From Hydrolagus colliei (taxonomy: Eukaryota): 64,000 nucleotides of DNA. Numbering within the stretch: the stretch's first letter is position 1; each line of letters opens with the position of its first letter. A program made the position numbers and the translations under genes. Location of the stretch: contig CM068742.1 in the NCBI GenBank assembly GCA_035084275.1, forward strand, positions 154,752,001 through 154,816,000, read 5' to 3'. The notes below the pieces were generated by a model. The model worked only from the letters and a program-made list of their open reading frames with translations, was not told the DNA's origin and ran no database searches. This document shows, piece after piece, positions 12,146 to 23,489 of the stretch.

Positions 12146-12602
12146 GTAACTGTTTTATCTCGATTAGCGAGGGCACAATTTTCACCCTGTACTTTCACTA
12201 ACCCAGGGCTGGTCTCAGCTTTGCTCAGTCAGTGACCCTCTCACCTCTGGCTCTGGGTGTCAGACACACACAGAAACCCATCAATGCTTCAGAGTATCTG
12301 CATCAGACTGAGAATGTAAATCACCCGCTCATCGACATTTCCATATATGGAATGGCGCACTCTCCCTCTCCATGGAGAGACTCATCCTGGTTACCACATT
12401 TCAGAGAATATTCACACACAATGACCAAGCCCTGGGGACCTCACAGTGTCCATTGAGGAAACTGCAAGAGTTTAACACCTGAAGCCACATTGCCTGCCAC
12501 ACAGCTTTCACATCCTCCCGACTTTGCATTGCTCCACATTAAACTTTGTCTGCCACATGTCTGCCCATTTTACCTGTCTGTCTACTGTTGTGTCTCTGAC
12601 AG

Positions 12603-12662
12603 ATGAAGCTGCTGTAATCTACAGCGTGGTCACTCCATCACCAGCTCGGCAAACAGGTTTAG
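12603..12662 (+). CDS. Gene A ITIM exon 1 (DEAAVIYSVVTPSPARQTGL)
   Basis: tgttgtgtctctgacAG acceptor, GTAAGT donor; 60 nt, phase 1-1. VIYSVV fits the ITIM consensus. Confidence 0.87.
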
Positions 12663-13369
12663 GTAAGTCACATGGGGACAAAGCCAGCATTGCCTCGCCT
12701 CTCAGCCGACAGGCAACTGCCTTCCCTTTGCTGGCTCACATGCCAGCACTCTAACCTCTCAGTTAACCTCTCTGGGTCCAAGTGACAAATTAGATCCTTC
12801 CACTCACAAACATCTAGTCTAACAGTGAACACACCAGGGCAGTGCTGGAGGAGAAGTACATTGGTTTGCTTAAGATGAGATTCCATATATGCCTGTTGAG
12901 GAGGATGTTAAAGATCCAGTGGCTCAATTGGAAAACACAAGGGAACTTCTCCCCGGGTGCAGATAAAATTGATCATTCATTTCATGTTTATGGGATGTTA
13001 CTGGAAGCAAATTGGCAGTCACGTTTACCAACAAATACAGTCATTAAACTTCAAGGTAGCAATGTGACAGTAGGCAGTGACATGCATTGAAATATTTTGA
13101 CACACAAAGAAATTGAAAGCCAATGAGGAAAGGGGAGTTGGACTAAAGGGAGAGTCTTTCAGAGCCTCACAGGCATCACTGGCCTCCAACTTGGCATAAA
13201 TGTTCTGCTGGTATAAACAGGGCTGTAATGAGAGGGGAGCATTAGGGTCTGTCATGGGATGGCTGAGAGGGACTTTATAGAGGCTGCTGCTGCCCAGGGA
13301 TAAGGTGGAATGTGGCAAAGGGGAAGCTGAAGAGGGATGGAAAGGTGCTGACTGTTGTGTCTCTGACAG

Positions 13370-13429
13370 ATGAAGCTGCTGTGATCTACAGCGAGGTTAC
13401 CCCAGCACTGGCCAGGCAAACAGCTTCAG
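13370..13429 (+). CDS. Gene A ITIM exon 2 (DEAAVIYSEVTPALARQTAS)
   Basis: Same acceptor context as the previous exon, GTAAGA donor; 60 nt, phase 1-1. VIYSEV is an ITIM. Confidence 0.87.
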
Positions 13430-14551
13430 GTAAGAAATGTATCACACAGGGACAGATCTGGCATTGTCTTACCTCTCAACCGACCTTCTCTCTCCTGTGC
13501 AGGGTTAACTATCATCCTGGCTCTGTTGGAAATATTCTCAGTCAGATGGTTGTGGATTCATCCCCCAAATTGGGACTTTTACACATAATCTATGTGAGGA
13601 AGTTCACATTATCGGAGGCATCGTCCAACAGACCCTGTTCAGGTGGAAGTTAAAGATCCTATGGTACAACAACAAGGAAATTACATTTGTATAGTACCTT
13701 TCACGTTGGGACATCCTCCTGATGTGAAAGCCACTACACTAGTGTAATTTTGTTGTTGTTGTTGGGAGGGCGTCTCAAGGTTTGTACTGTTAGAAAAGAG
13801 AAGGGAGTTTATCTGGGTGTCTAGATTAAATTGTTTATTTACTTCATGGCAGTTTGTGGGTCCAAATTGACTGTCGCGTTCAACAACAAAATTACTCATG
13901 TACGGCGACTTTCATGTCCAGGCGGATGTGGTGCTGGACAGTTACTGCTTCGGACGATCTGAGCACAGGGGCGTGTGGGGAAGGAGATGCCGTTGGGTCC
14001 ATCGAAGAGGAGAGTGTTGAGGCGATACCTGAAAGAGTCCAGTGAGGGGGCGAGGTGGAGGAATTTGGGGATGGCATTCCAGAGGTTGGGGTCAGAGTGA
14101 CTGAAGGCTCAACAAATACACAGTCGCAACATAATATAGTGAATCCTGTAAAATGCTATTATACATACTTTGATATGTTTTGACAATGTGATAGCCCCAC
14201 TTTGCCATGTCCCCCAAATGTGAAATGGATAATAAATTATTGTTGCTGTTGTTGTTATATGAAATGCCAGGAATAATATCCAATTGAGCATTGACCTCAG
14301 AGACATGGGGGTTGCTCACCAGCCCACAGGGCCTGGCTTGTAGTTCCAATTCCTAGTTCACTGTTCATTCCTCGAACCCTTTGACTCAGCTTTTGGGACT
14401 GAGCTTCATACTTTACCTCTCTGGAATTTATCTCTGGAATTCCATATACACAGTACATACACACTCTGTTTGATAACTAGTGTCATATTTGCTTTGTGAA
14501 GCCGATTTCCAATTGCTAATTATTTACCAACATTGTCTGTCTTTCCTTCAG

Positions 14552-14590
14552 ATGTGTACGGAAATTCTACCATCAGAACCGTCGATGACA
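14552..14590 (+). CDS. Gene A YxN exon (DVYGNSTIRTVDD)
   Basis: gtctttccttcAG acceptor, GTGAGT donor; 39 nt, phase 1-1. Paralog at 44755-44790 (-). Confidence 0.83.
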
Positions 14591-14699
14591 GTGAGTGTTG
14601 TCTACCTTTTCTGGTTTATTGTTTATCCAGTCTCTTCTCCGCTCGCACTCTGGCTTTGGGTCAGGAGGAGGGGTATTGGAGCCTCTACGATGGGGAATT

Positions 14700-15055
14700 T
14701 GAGGTCACACAGTCCAGGCTGATGCTCCAGTGCAGCAATGGGGAGAGCGCTGCATTGTCAGAAGTGCTGTCCTTTGATTGCGATGTTAAACTGAGATCAA
14801 GTCCGTGTCTGTTGAAGTTTTTTTGGTCAGCCACGTGCAGAAACACATCTACTGTGGCAAGGGGACCCAAACCTGACTGAGAGTTTCTGTCTCCTGCACG
14901 TGGAAATTTGCTGCATCTGGAATGCAATGTGCTGTTGAGAAGGGAATTTCTCTCTCCTTGTGTCCTGGCCATCAATGCTTCAAATAAAATTGGTCACTCA
15001 CATCATGGCTGTTTGTGGGACACTTCAAATGCAAATTAGGCAACAGGTTTGCTGA
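14700..15055 (+). mobile_element. Old Deu-domain-type SINE remnant
   Basis: gatgttaaac..tgtcctggcca..ggctgtttgtgggac motifs, shared with 18480-18730 and 18870-19110. Confidence 0.5.
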
Positions 15056-15234
15056 TAAAATACATAATCAGTGCAATGGACAGCGATTCCCTTTGAGACA
15101 TACATACCTTATACTAAAGGCATGATATTAAGTATGAGGGTTCTAATAACTTTAACCTGGTCACACAGTGTATCGCAGCTCTCAGCAAGTAGAGATACAT
15201 TACATGTCCTGACTCCATTTTGTTTCTCTTCTAG

Positions 15235-15284
15235 ATGTGATTTATGCTGTTGTCAACATGATGACGAGTTCAGTTAACCAGTGA
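15235..15284 (+). CDS. Gene A terminal coding exon with ITIM (NVIYAVVNMMTSSVNQ*)
   Basis: ttgtttctcttctAG acceptor, phase 1; VIYAVV ITIM; TGA at 15282-15284. Paralog at 44386-44438 (-). Confidence 0.85.
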
Positions 15285-15499
15285 ACTCTGGTCCCTCCCA
15301 GAGTCTGCTGTCTGCAGTTTATATAGGTGTGTCCTGCAGTGACTTATATTGGGCCTGGATCAGCAGCCAATACAACAACATTGTACAATCAGTCCCTGAG
15401 AGAGCACGGCTCATTACAGTCCAACTAATCTATACTGTGTGCCTTTACACTGAGGGCACTGCAGGGTGGACCTCGGTTCACAAACCAGTGGACAATCTG

Positions 15500-16075
15500 T
15501 CTGAATGTTTTCTAACTGAATGACTTCCTTCATTATTAAACCTCTTTGTCTCTATGATCTGTGGATATTTTCCTTGTTCCGCAAGTTGACCCTGAATGTA
15601 GATTCGTGGCTGAGCTTGGAATTCATTGCTGAGAGTTTGCTCCAGTGGGGGAGCAAGCTCTCTGTCACAGAGTGGATCGACTTCAAGATCCTCACTCTTG
15701 TGTTCAATCCCTCTATGCCTCTGCACCCCACTACGTCTCTAACATCTCTCCTCACAGCAGTACCCATTGGCTTCACTCTAGTACTTCACTCTACTTCACT
15801 CTGGCCTTCTCCTTGTCCCCCGAATCCTCAAATCCAGCATGGGTGCCCTTGCTTTCAGCCACTATGCCTTTGAATTTGCTCTCTCCCTCAACCCCTTTGC
15901 CTGACGCACTCCTTTCCCATTTTCAAGTTGCACCTGAAGACATTTCTTTTTGACCACAATTACCGTTACCTTTCCCCCCGCCCTGCTCTGCCACGGTGAA
16001 ACACTTTCAGATGGCGCCTGGCATGGAGGGCACTATTTAAATGCAAGTTGTTGCAGTTGTTTTTGTTGTTGACAC
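15500..16075 (+). mobile_element. L2 LINE 3' fragment
   Basis: RVDFKILTLVF-like frame, ending in the ggcgcc..atttaaatgcaagttgttg tail. Confidence 0.75.
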
Positions 16076-16080
16076 AAAAT

Positions 16081-16215
16081 AGGGTAAATCAACAGGTCAA
16101 TCTCCACTGGCGCAATGTTACAGACAAGGTTTGTCTCATTCCTTACCCCATTCCTCATGTGTTAATTGGTAGAAGAAATTTCTTTGAAATAGCAGAAACT
16201 TTAGTTTGTTACTGG
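16081..16215 (+). other. Remnant of the V-C2 intron of pseudogene B (V exon itself absent)
   Basis: agggtaaat..gtcaat..ggcgca..cagacaaggtttgtctcattccttaccc..gtgttaatt aligns with gene A intron ~6670-6790, just 3' of the V donor. An L2 3' tail lies upstream where the V exon should be. Confidence 0.75.
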
Positions 16216-16386
16216 CAACAGGGACTTGTATAAAGGCCAGAGGCATTTTTAACATTGGAGCAATCGGTGCAATGAACTGACAGGTCCCTCATATTGTGGG
16301 CCCCCAAAGTAAAACAAACAATCATCGAAATGGGAGGATTTGAGTGCGCTGGGCTCTCATCTTTTGCTAAATACCTTTACAGTGAA

Positions 16387-16819
16387 AACCAGAGTTCTCC
16401 CCAGCCCAGCCAAACCAGAGCTCTCCCCAGCCCAGCCCAGCTAAACCAGAGCTCTCCCCAGCCCAGCCCAGCTAAACCAGAGCTCTCCCCAGCCCAGCTA
16501 AACCAGAGCTCTCCCCAGCCCAGCCCAGCTAAACCAGAGCTCTCCCCAGCCCAGCTAAATCAGAGCTCTCCCCAGCCCAGCTAAACCAGAGCTCTCCCCA
16601 GCCCAGCCCAGCTAAACCAGAGCTCTCCCCAGCCCAGCCCAGCTAAACCAGAGCTCTCCCCAGCCCAGCTAAACCAGAGCTCTCCCCAGCCCAGCCCAGC
16701 TAAACCAGAGCTCTCCCCAGCCCAGCCCAGCCCAGCTAAACCAGAGCTCTCCCCAGCCCAGCTAAACCAGAGCTCTCCCCAGCCCAGCCCAGCCAAACCA
16801 GAGCTCTCCCCAGCCCAGC
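16387..16819. repeat. Minisatellite, about 15 units of TAAACCAGAGCTCTCC(CCAGC)2-4 (26/31/36 bp)
   Basis: Directly visible tandem array; unit length varies in steps of the pentamer CCAGC. Confidence 0.97.
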
Positions 16820-17374
16820 AGAGCAGGTGGTCTGCCTAAAGAGGGATTACACCCGCCAAAAGTTAATTTTCGTATAAAATAAAATTGTGCATGCACTTAT
16901 TAAACTTACCGTCAGTGATGGGCCCCTAAGAAAATTGACCAAGTAGGTTGAAGGCTTAAAAATACCTCTGTATAAGGCCTGTAAGCGAAAGCCTTAACAA
17001 ATAGTGTGGTCCTAGCCAGAGAAGCAATGGAAACTTGCCAGACAGTGCTCTCAAATAACAAGCTGGGAGGTGTTTACAAGATCACATTGGAACAAGAAGC
17101 CCAAATGATCTCATCCCTCCAAAACACCCATCTACCCTCCCCCATTCAGAGTATCATTGCTTTGTAAATGAGCCGTGGTGTCCTGGCCTTAGCTACACTT
17201 ATTGGCTACCTGTTCCAGTTGTTAATTGCCCTGTGTGTGGCAAAATACTTCCTGGTGTCAACAACAATAAAGTACTAACAACAAATTATATTTGTTAGTG
17301 GCTTCCATGTTTGGAAGATGTCCCAATACCATGCTTATGTCTCCTTAGACATTAGATTAGAGTAGATAATAATC

Positions 17375-17715
17375 CTTGCATTTGATATACTGCCTTATTA
17401 CCCTACATCAACACTAACAGCAACAAAATTACATGACATCTTTCACATCAGGAGGACTTCCAGATGCTGGAAGCTTCAAATCTTTCAAAGTGATTCACAG
17501 AACATATGAGTGAATTCACTGTATATTTTGTGGGTGAAATGCGGCAGCCAATTGCGCACAGCAGTGTCCCACAAATAGTCGTGGATTGAAATGACCAATT
17601 TATTATTATTTTTATTTGAGGGATTATTATCAGGCGTGTAGAGTAAGGAAACTTGCCAAGGTTTTGCCCAGTTCTCTCACTTTGTAAGACGAGTACTCCA
17701 ACCACCGAGCTTAAG
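17375..17715 (-). mobile_element. tRNA-derived SINE
   Basis: Reverse complement of the SINE head and body, with a small insert near the tail. Confidence 0.75.
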
Positions 17716-17767
17716 GACTTCAAGAAAGTTGTTTAGTTAGAATAACTGTGTTTCTTTATACCCAAAG

Positions 17768-18137
17768 CTCCCGCTGTCCTCCTGACTCTGTCCCTCGTGG
17801 CCGGTGATGGAGCCGGAGGTGGCATCGTGTACACGGCTGAGGGGGAACTACCAGCCACCATCAGAGGGATTGATCCCCAGAATACAAGCTGCCCGTCAAC
17901 ACCAGCCACACACCAGTCACACACATACCAGACACATATCTAACTGTGGGGAAGATCTGGGACCTGACGCTGAGGGGAACTTATCGCTGTGTAGCTGAGA
18001 ACACACAGGGCAGAGACATCCTCATCACTGCCCCCCACAGAGTGATGGGGACAGAGAAAGTGATCCTGTGTCTGATATACGCAGCTAAATACCTGTTTAT
18101 GTTGGTCATGGGGATCGTTCTCATTAGAAAACTAAAG
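17768..18137 (+). pseudogene. SIGLEC15-like: Pseudogene B: Siglec-15-like C2 + Lys-containing TM exon
   Basis: Acceptor and C2 DNA are near-identical to 8219 and 56116. Lesions: B-strand Cys TGC->TAC, TW->RG, and a 1-nt deletion (aatacaagctgccc vs aataacacgctgccc) giving TAA. The downstream frame encodes TM VILCLIYAAKYLFMLVMGIVLI-RKLK, then a GTTAGT donor (phase 0). Confidence 0.85.
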
Positions 18138-19166
18138 GTTAGTTCATTACCAGAAATGAGCCCAGAGCTGGGATGGGTTCAGGGTGAGCTGAAAGATGCG
18201 GCCAACTTGGTAGCCAGATTCCTGAGCCAGGTATTCCCACCATCCTTCAGGATGATGCTTGATGCTGGATGAGCTGGTGTGGCACACCAGTTGGATTTGG
18301 AGGAACAGAAATTCAATTGTGAATTAAAAAGCTCTAATTGTTTAGGTGGATCTAATTGGACAAGCAGTTAGAAGCTTGAGACAGTTTTAGCAATGGCCAA
18401 CTATTGTAGCTAATTATACTTTAGCAAACCCAAGGGACCTTTGGAGTCCATAACCCTTGCCAATCCGCATGCCTCTCATGGTGCAAATTGTTGGAGGTGG
18501 TGTCCTTCTGATGACTTGTTAAACCAAGGTTTTCTCTGCCTCTACAGTTAGACATTAAAGATCCCATAATTTTATTGGAAAAACGAAGGAAGTTTTACTC
18601 TCCCTCTATCCTGGCCAACAATCCACTAAATAAAACAGGTCACTCATTTCCCGACTATTATTGGGACGTTGCTGTGTAAGAATTGGCTGCCGTTTTCACC
18701 CACAAAATACAGTCACTCCACTGTGAAGAGAAAATGCGCCCAGTGACCATTCCATGTATTACAACAGTTTGATTGTCACCCTCCCAATCTTAGTAATGTA
18801 CACAGTTATAATGGTGATACTATTTAACAAGTATAACATGATCACTCTGGAAATATTTCCCCAAATAGTCTCAGGATTGTTAGCTGAGCCAGATGTTCTC
18901 CTGGTTCAATTGGTAACACACATACCTCTGGGACAAAAGGTTGTGGGTTCAAAGTCCATGTTGGGAGAACGCAATAGGAGAGTAATGCTGCATTGCTGAA
19001 AAGTTACATCTTCCAAAGAGAGGTAAACCAAGGTCCCATCTATGTTTGTTTGTGGGACTTTGCAATGTGCACATCAACTGCTGTGTTTGCCTACAAATTG
19101 CTCACCACATTTTAAAATTTCAGATGAAATTCAGCCATTCAATGGTATTCTCTTTCCCCCTCACAG

Positions 19167-19175
19167 ACCAACTGA
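19167..19175 (+). pseudogene. Candidate very short terminal exon of B (TN*)
   Basis: Strong acceptor gtattctctttccccctcacAG, then ACC AAC TGA in phase 0, matching the phase-0 donor at 18138. No paralog confirms it. Confidence 0.3.
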
Positions 19176-19574
19176 AGTTCGGCTACTCTGTTTTCCTGCT
19201 CCGTTCTTGCATCTCATGGCTGAGCAACTGTTCACTGAATTCTGCTGTGATCTTGTTCTCCACTTCAATCCAAACAGTTTCTTCTTCAAGTTGCTGGATA
19301 GAGGTGTCACTGCTATTATCGGAGTAGAGATAATCTGATCTCTGATATCAGGCTATATAGAGGTATCACAGTTAATATCAGGTCATATATAAAAAATGCC
19401 AAGAATCATTACATTTCATACAGCCCTTTTCACATCTTTTAGACATCTCAAAGCCCCTCACAGAATGTACTGTATAGTGAATTCACTATATATTAGTGGG
19501 CAAAATGCAGCAGCCAATTGTCCAGAGTAGTGTCCCACAAACAGTCGTGGATTGAGTAACCAAATTCTTATGTC

Positions 19575-19672
19575 TATTCTGATGAAGGGTTGTAGACTCG
19601 AAACGTTGACTCCTTTTCCTTTCTCCATGGATGCTGCCTGACCTGCTGAGTTTCCCCATCAACTTCTGTTTT
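19575..19672 (+). mobile_element. Penelope-like terminal repeat with hammerhead core
   Basis: ctgatgaagggttgtagactcgaaacgttgac followed by gatgctgcctgacctgctgagtttcccc; same family as 35084, 40525, 43288 and 54616. Confidence 0.75.
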
Positions 19673-20519
19673 TGTTACCAAATTCTTATTGTTTTTTCTT
19701 CTTCTTGAGGGATAGTGGTGTCGTACTAACATCAGGCCAAATAGGGGTGCGATTGCTAATATCAATAATATTAGAGGTGATCACTGCTAATAATTTTGTT
19801 ATTTTGTAGAGGTGCTTCATGTTCATACATATCCATTGATACAGTGATTTCACTGTTAATATCAGATGTTTAGCAACTTGGGATGTCCTCCTGACGTGAA
19901 GGACACTATACAAGTGTTTTTTGTTGTTATAATGGTTTTACTGTTCATTAGTACATAAAGACTCATGTGGAGGAGTCACTGTTACTAATAGGCCATATAG
20001 ATGTGTCACTGATAATGTCTGATTTTTAGAGGTGATCAGTGCTAATATCAACTATATAGAGGTGAGGTTCCAGATAGACTAGCATCAGACTAGAGAGAAT
20101 CTGATCTCTCAAGCTAAGCTTAGGTAATTTGGAGGCTTCTGAAGCTCTGTGGTTGTGGTCTGAAGGGTGTTTTAACCATGTATTTTCTGCTGTTTCACAA
20201 TAAAGCTTATTTGCCTCATTAAACTGTGTCTGTTATTCGAATTCCAATCATGAGGGTGGGGAGAAATGTGTTTAAGAGATAGATTTTCCAAGTCTTTAAT
20301 TAGAATATAATTTACACTCAATGTTAGATAGAGATGGCGCTAGTGAATAGGACAAGAGAAAGAGATAGCCAAAATAAAAGTCAACACAGACATAATGTCT
20401 GAATGGACCATATAGTGCTGTAAATTGGTATGCTTCTCTTCCTATGTCACCTCCTATTGAGTCAATAGAGGGAGCATGAGGTCATTCAGTCATTCACTAT
20501 ACAGTATTGTGTAGAGAGT

Positions 20520-21190
20520 GTCTTACAAAGGAGAAGTCTTAAAGTGCTTCAAAGATCAGGAGATACAGTGACTGAGCGGTGGGAACCACTCACTTTCCTA
20601 ATAGACAGGAACTTTATCACTCTTAAACCACAATAGGCAGAATCAGAGGCTTTTAGACAGAGTTTTAAATCAAGGAGTGGTGGGGGCAGAAACTGGGGAA
20701 AGGGTGGGCCGCAGGTATAATTTTTGAAGCATGGTGGCAAAGTGGCTCATACCAGGGATCAGGGACTTTAATTATGTAGGGAGTCTAGAGAAACTGGGAT
20801 TGTTCTCCTCAGAGCAGAGAAGGTTAATGGGAGATTGAATAGAGGTGTTCAAAATTAGAATAGATAGGGAGAAACTGTTTCCACCGGTGGGTGGGTCGGT
20901 AACCAAGACATATGGATTTAAGATAATTGACAAAGGAAATATAGGGGAGGTGAGGAGACTTATTTTCTTTTTTTAATATAAACGCACAGGGTTGTTATTG
21001 TCTGGAATGCTCTGCCTCAAAGGGTAGTGGATTCAAATATCAACTTTAGATAGGTATTCGAAACGGAGAGATTTGTAGCAGTATGGGGAAAGAATGGGAA
21101 AGTGGGACTGATTGGGTAGCTCTTCCAAACAGCTGCACATGGGCAGAATGGCCTCCCCCTGGCAATATTCCATGATTCAAAGATTCTATA
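20520..21190 (+). mobile_element. Degenerate CR1 3' region
   Basis: LEKLGLFSSEQRRL / REKLFP / WNALP-like frames. Confidence 0.75.
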
Positions 21191-21204
21191 CAGACACACA
21201 CATA

Positions 21205-21565
21205 AGAACATAAGATCATAAGAATTAGGAGCAGCCTCGAGCCTTCCCCGCCATTCAATTAGATCATGGCTGATCCTCTAATCTAACTCCATTTACCCGC
21301 ATTATCCCCATATCCCTTAATCCCTTTATCCACCATAAATCTATCAATCTCAGTCTTGAATATGTTCAAGGACTGAGCATCTACAGCCCTCTGGGGCAGA
21401 GAATTCCATAAATTCACCACTCTCTGAGTGAAGAAGTTTTTTCTCAATTCAGTGAGAAAGGGCTGACCCCTAATTTTAAGACTCTGACCCTTGGTTATAG
21501 TTTCTCCAACCAGGGGAAACAGTCTCCAACTATCTACTCTGTTGTACCTCTTAACAATCTTATAG
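21205..21565 (-). mobile_element. CR1 3' fragment
   Basis: ORF 21283-21657 (-) contains LFPLVGETITKG..NFFTQRVVNLWNSLP. Confidence 0.85.
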
Positions 21566-21679
21566 GTTTCTATAAACAGACAGACACACGCAGTATTTGT
21601 TTCAGACACAGGTTTTATTGGTGGATATGTTGGAAACATTGCAGTGAAAATAAACATGGACAGAGATCAATCCCTAGGC

Positions 21680-21950
21680 CCAGAGAGAGAGAGAGAAATA
21701 GAAGGATAGAATAGAGAGAGAGTGTGAGAGTTAGTGCTCGTGTAAGACTGAGCATCTGTAAGAGAGAGAGTGTGAGAGGTAGGGCCAGTGTAAGAGTGAG
21801 TGAGCATGTTTAAGAGAGAGAGAGAGTTATGGCTAGTGTAAGAGTGAGCATGTGTAAGAGTGAGAGAGTGTTTATGAGAGTTTGAGAGAGAGTGTGTGTT
21901 TGCGAGAGAGAGTGTGTGTGAGAGTGAGAGAGAGTGTGTGAGAGGGAGAA
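21680..21950. repeat. Degenerate (GA)/(GT) microsatellite
   Basis: Alternating gagagagt/gtgtgaga runs. Confidence 0.85.
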
Positions 21951-22104
21951 AGTCGATACAGGCAAGATGGGCCGACTGTTTTCTGTGCTATGAAATTCTA
22001 TAATTCTAAGAACATTTTGGTGAATCTGCGCTATATCCCTTCCAATATATTCTTCCTGAGGAACATAAAACTGAACGCAGTCTCCATATGGGATCTGAGA
22101 TAAT

Positions 22105-22410
22105 AATAAATAAATATAATAATCCTTGCATTTTATATAATGCTTTTCACATCTTATTGACGTTTCAAAGCGCTTCACAGAAGTTAATATATACTGCAAA
22201 GTTAATATTTCTGGGCAAAATGCGGCAGCTAATTGCACACAGCAGTATCCCACAAACAATCGTGGATTGAAATGACCAATTTTATTATTGTGGGTTTTTT
22301 GGACGGATTATTATTAGGTGTGGAGTAAGGAAACTGGCCCTGATCTGCCTGGATTCGAACACGGGTCTCAAGCTTGTAAGGCGAGTACTGTAACTACTGA
22401 GCTACAGGAA
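22105..22410 (-). mobile_element. Full-length tRNA-derived SINE
   Basis: Reverse complement has A box TAGCTCAGTAG and perfect B box GTTCGAATCC, then the shared body and tail. Confidence 0.85.
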
Positions 22411-22679
22411 CTCAGCTCTATACAAGTAGATGTGTTCCATACAAGTGAAGCATCACTTCCTCATTTTTGTATTCCGACCACTTTATAATAATAATAATCC
22501 TTGTATTTGATTTAACGCGTTTTACATCTTATCAACGGCTCAAAGCGCTTCACAGAATATACTGTAAAGTGAAGTGACTGTATATTTGTGGGTGAAACGT
22601 GACAGCCAATTGCGCACAAACAGTCATGGATTGAAATGACCAATTTTATTATTGTGTTTTTTTGGAGGGATTGCTTTGA

Positions 22680-23255
22680 GATAAAGGTAAACATCCCATT
22701 AGCCTTTTCATTGCTTTCTGCACACTAGCATTTCTTGATTTGTGTGCATGGACACCTAATTGCTCCTTTGCAGTTCCAAGTCTTTCACCATTTTGAAAAT
22801 ATTCTGATCTGGCATTATTGGGCTCACTCTTCCCTGACTTTGAACTCGTATCTTCCATAGTTCTGCCCAATCGCTTAATCTGTTCTCTTAAACTTGAAAC
22901 TTCCAGCTCCCATCTAAATAATTTATTGCATCTCCCAATTTAAATTTCATCAGTAAATTTGGATATACAGCCCTCTATTCCTTCATCCAAGTCATAAATA
23001 TGAAAATCCGAGGTCCAAATATTGATCCCTGCTCTCTGTCTCCTGTCTCGCAACCCATCTCATGTGGTTACCTCTAATTCCATGTGTGTTAATCTCTTAT
23101 TAGCTCCCTATCAAATGCTGTCTGAAAGTCCACATAGACAATATGCTAAGGTACTCCAAAATCTACCAGGCTAGTGACTTCCTCAAAAGTCAACTAAATT
23201 AGCCAGGCATGACATACTCTTTACAAAGCCGAATTGACTCTCCCTAATGAGCTCA
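22680..23255 (-). mobile_element. Old CR1 RT fragment
   Basis: Decayed DFQTAFD / GP.LF / SKF.DE motifs on the - strand. Confidence 0.7.
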
Positions 23256-23489
23256 GACCTGTCCAATATGTTGGGTGTACCTCATATACTCTACAAACAG
23301 AGGCTTGAAATGGAAACAACAACAAAAAAAACAAATTGTTTGTATAGTGCTGTTCACATCATATCCAAAATTGTAACAACCAGAGGAAAAATTGCACAAA
23401 ACGAAAAGAAATCGTTAAATGAATTAGATAGCAGCATTTTAGATAGTGGGACAGCAACTACAGTGACTTCCATATAAATAGTGCTCCTC

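Noticed and set aside
16294-16796. ORFs 16294-16584 and 16581-16796; array considered as CRISPR-like
   Set aside because: These are translations of a minisatellite; there are no unique spacers and the context is eukaryotic.
19180-19308. Glu-rich 43-codon frame on - as terminal exon of gene C
   Set aside because: The acceptor is supplied by the degenerate 28-bp repeat, there is no paralog support, and it has no signalling motif.
22330-22410. tRNA gene (A and B boxes, TAC-like loop)
   Set aside because: It is the head of a multi-copy SINE, continuous with the SINE body, and I see no complete cloverleaf.
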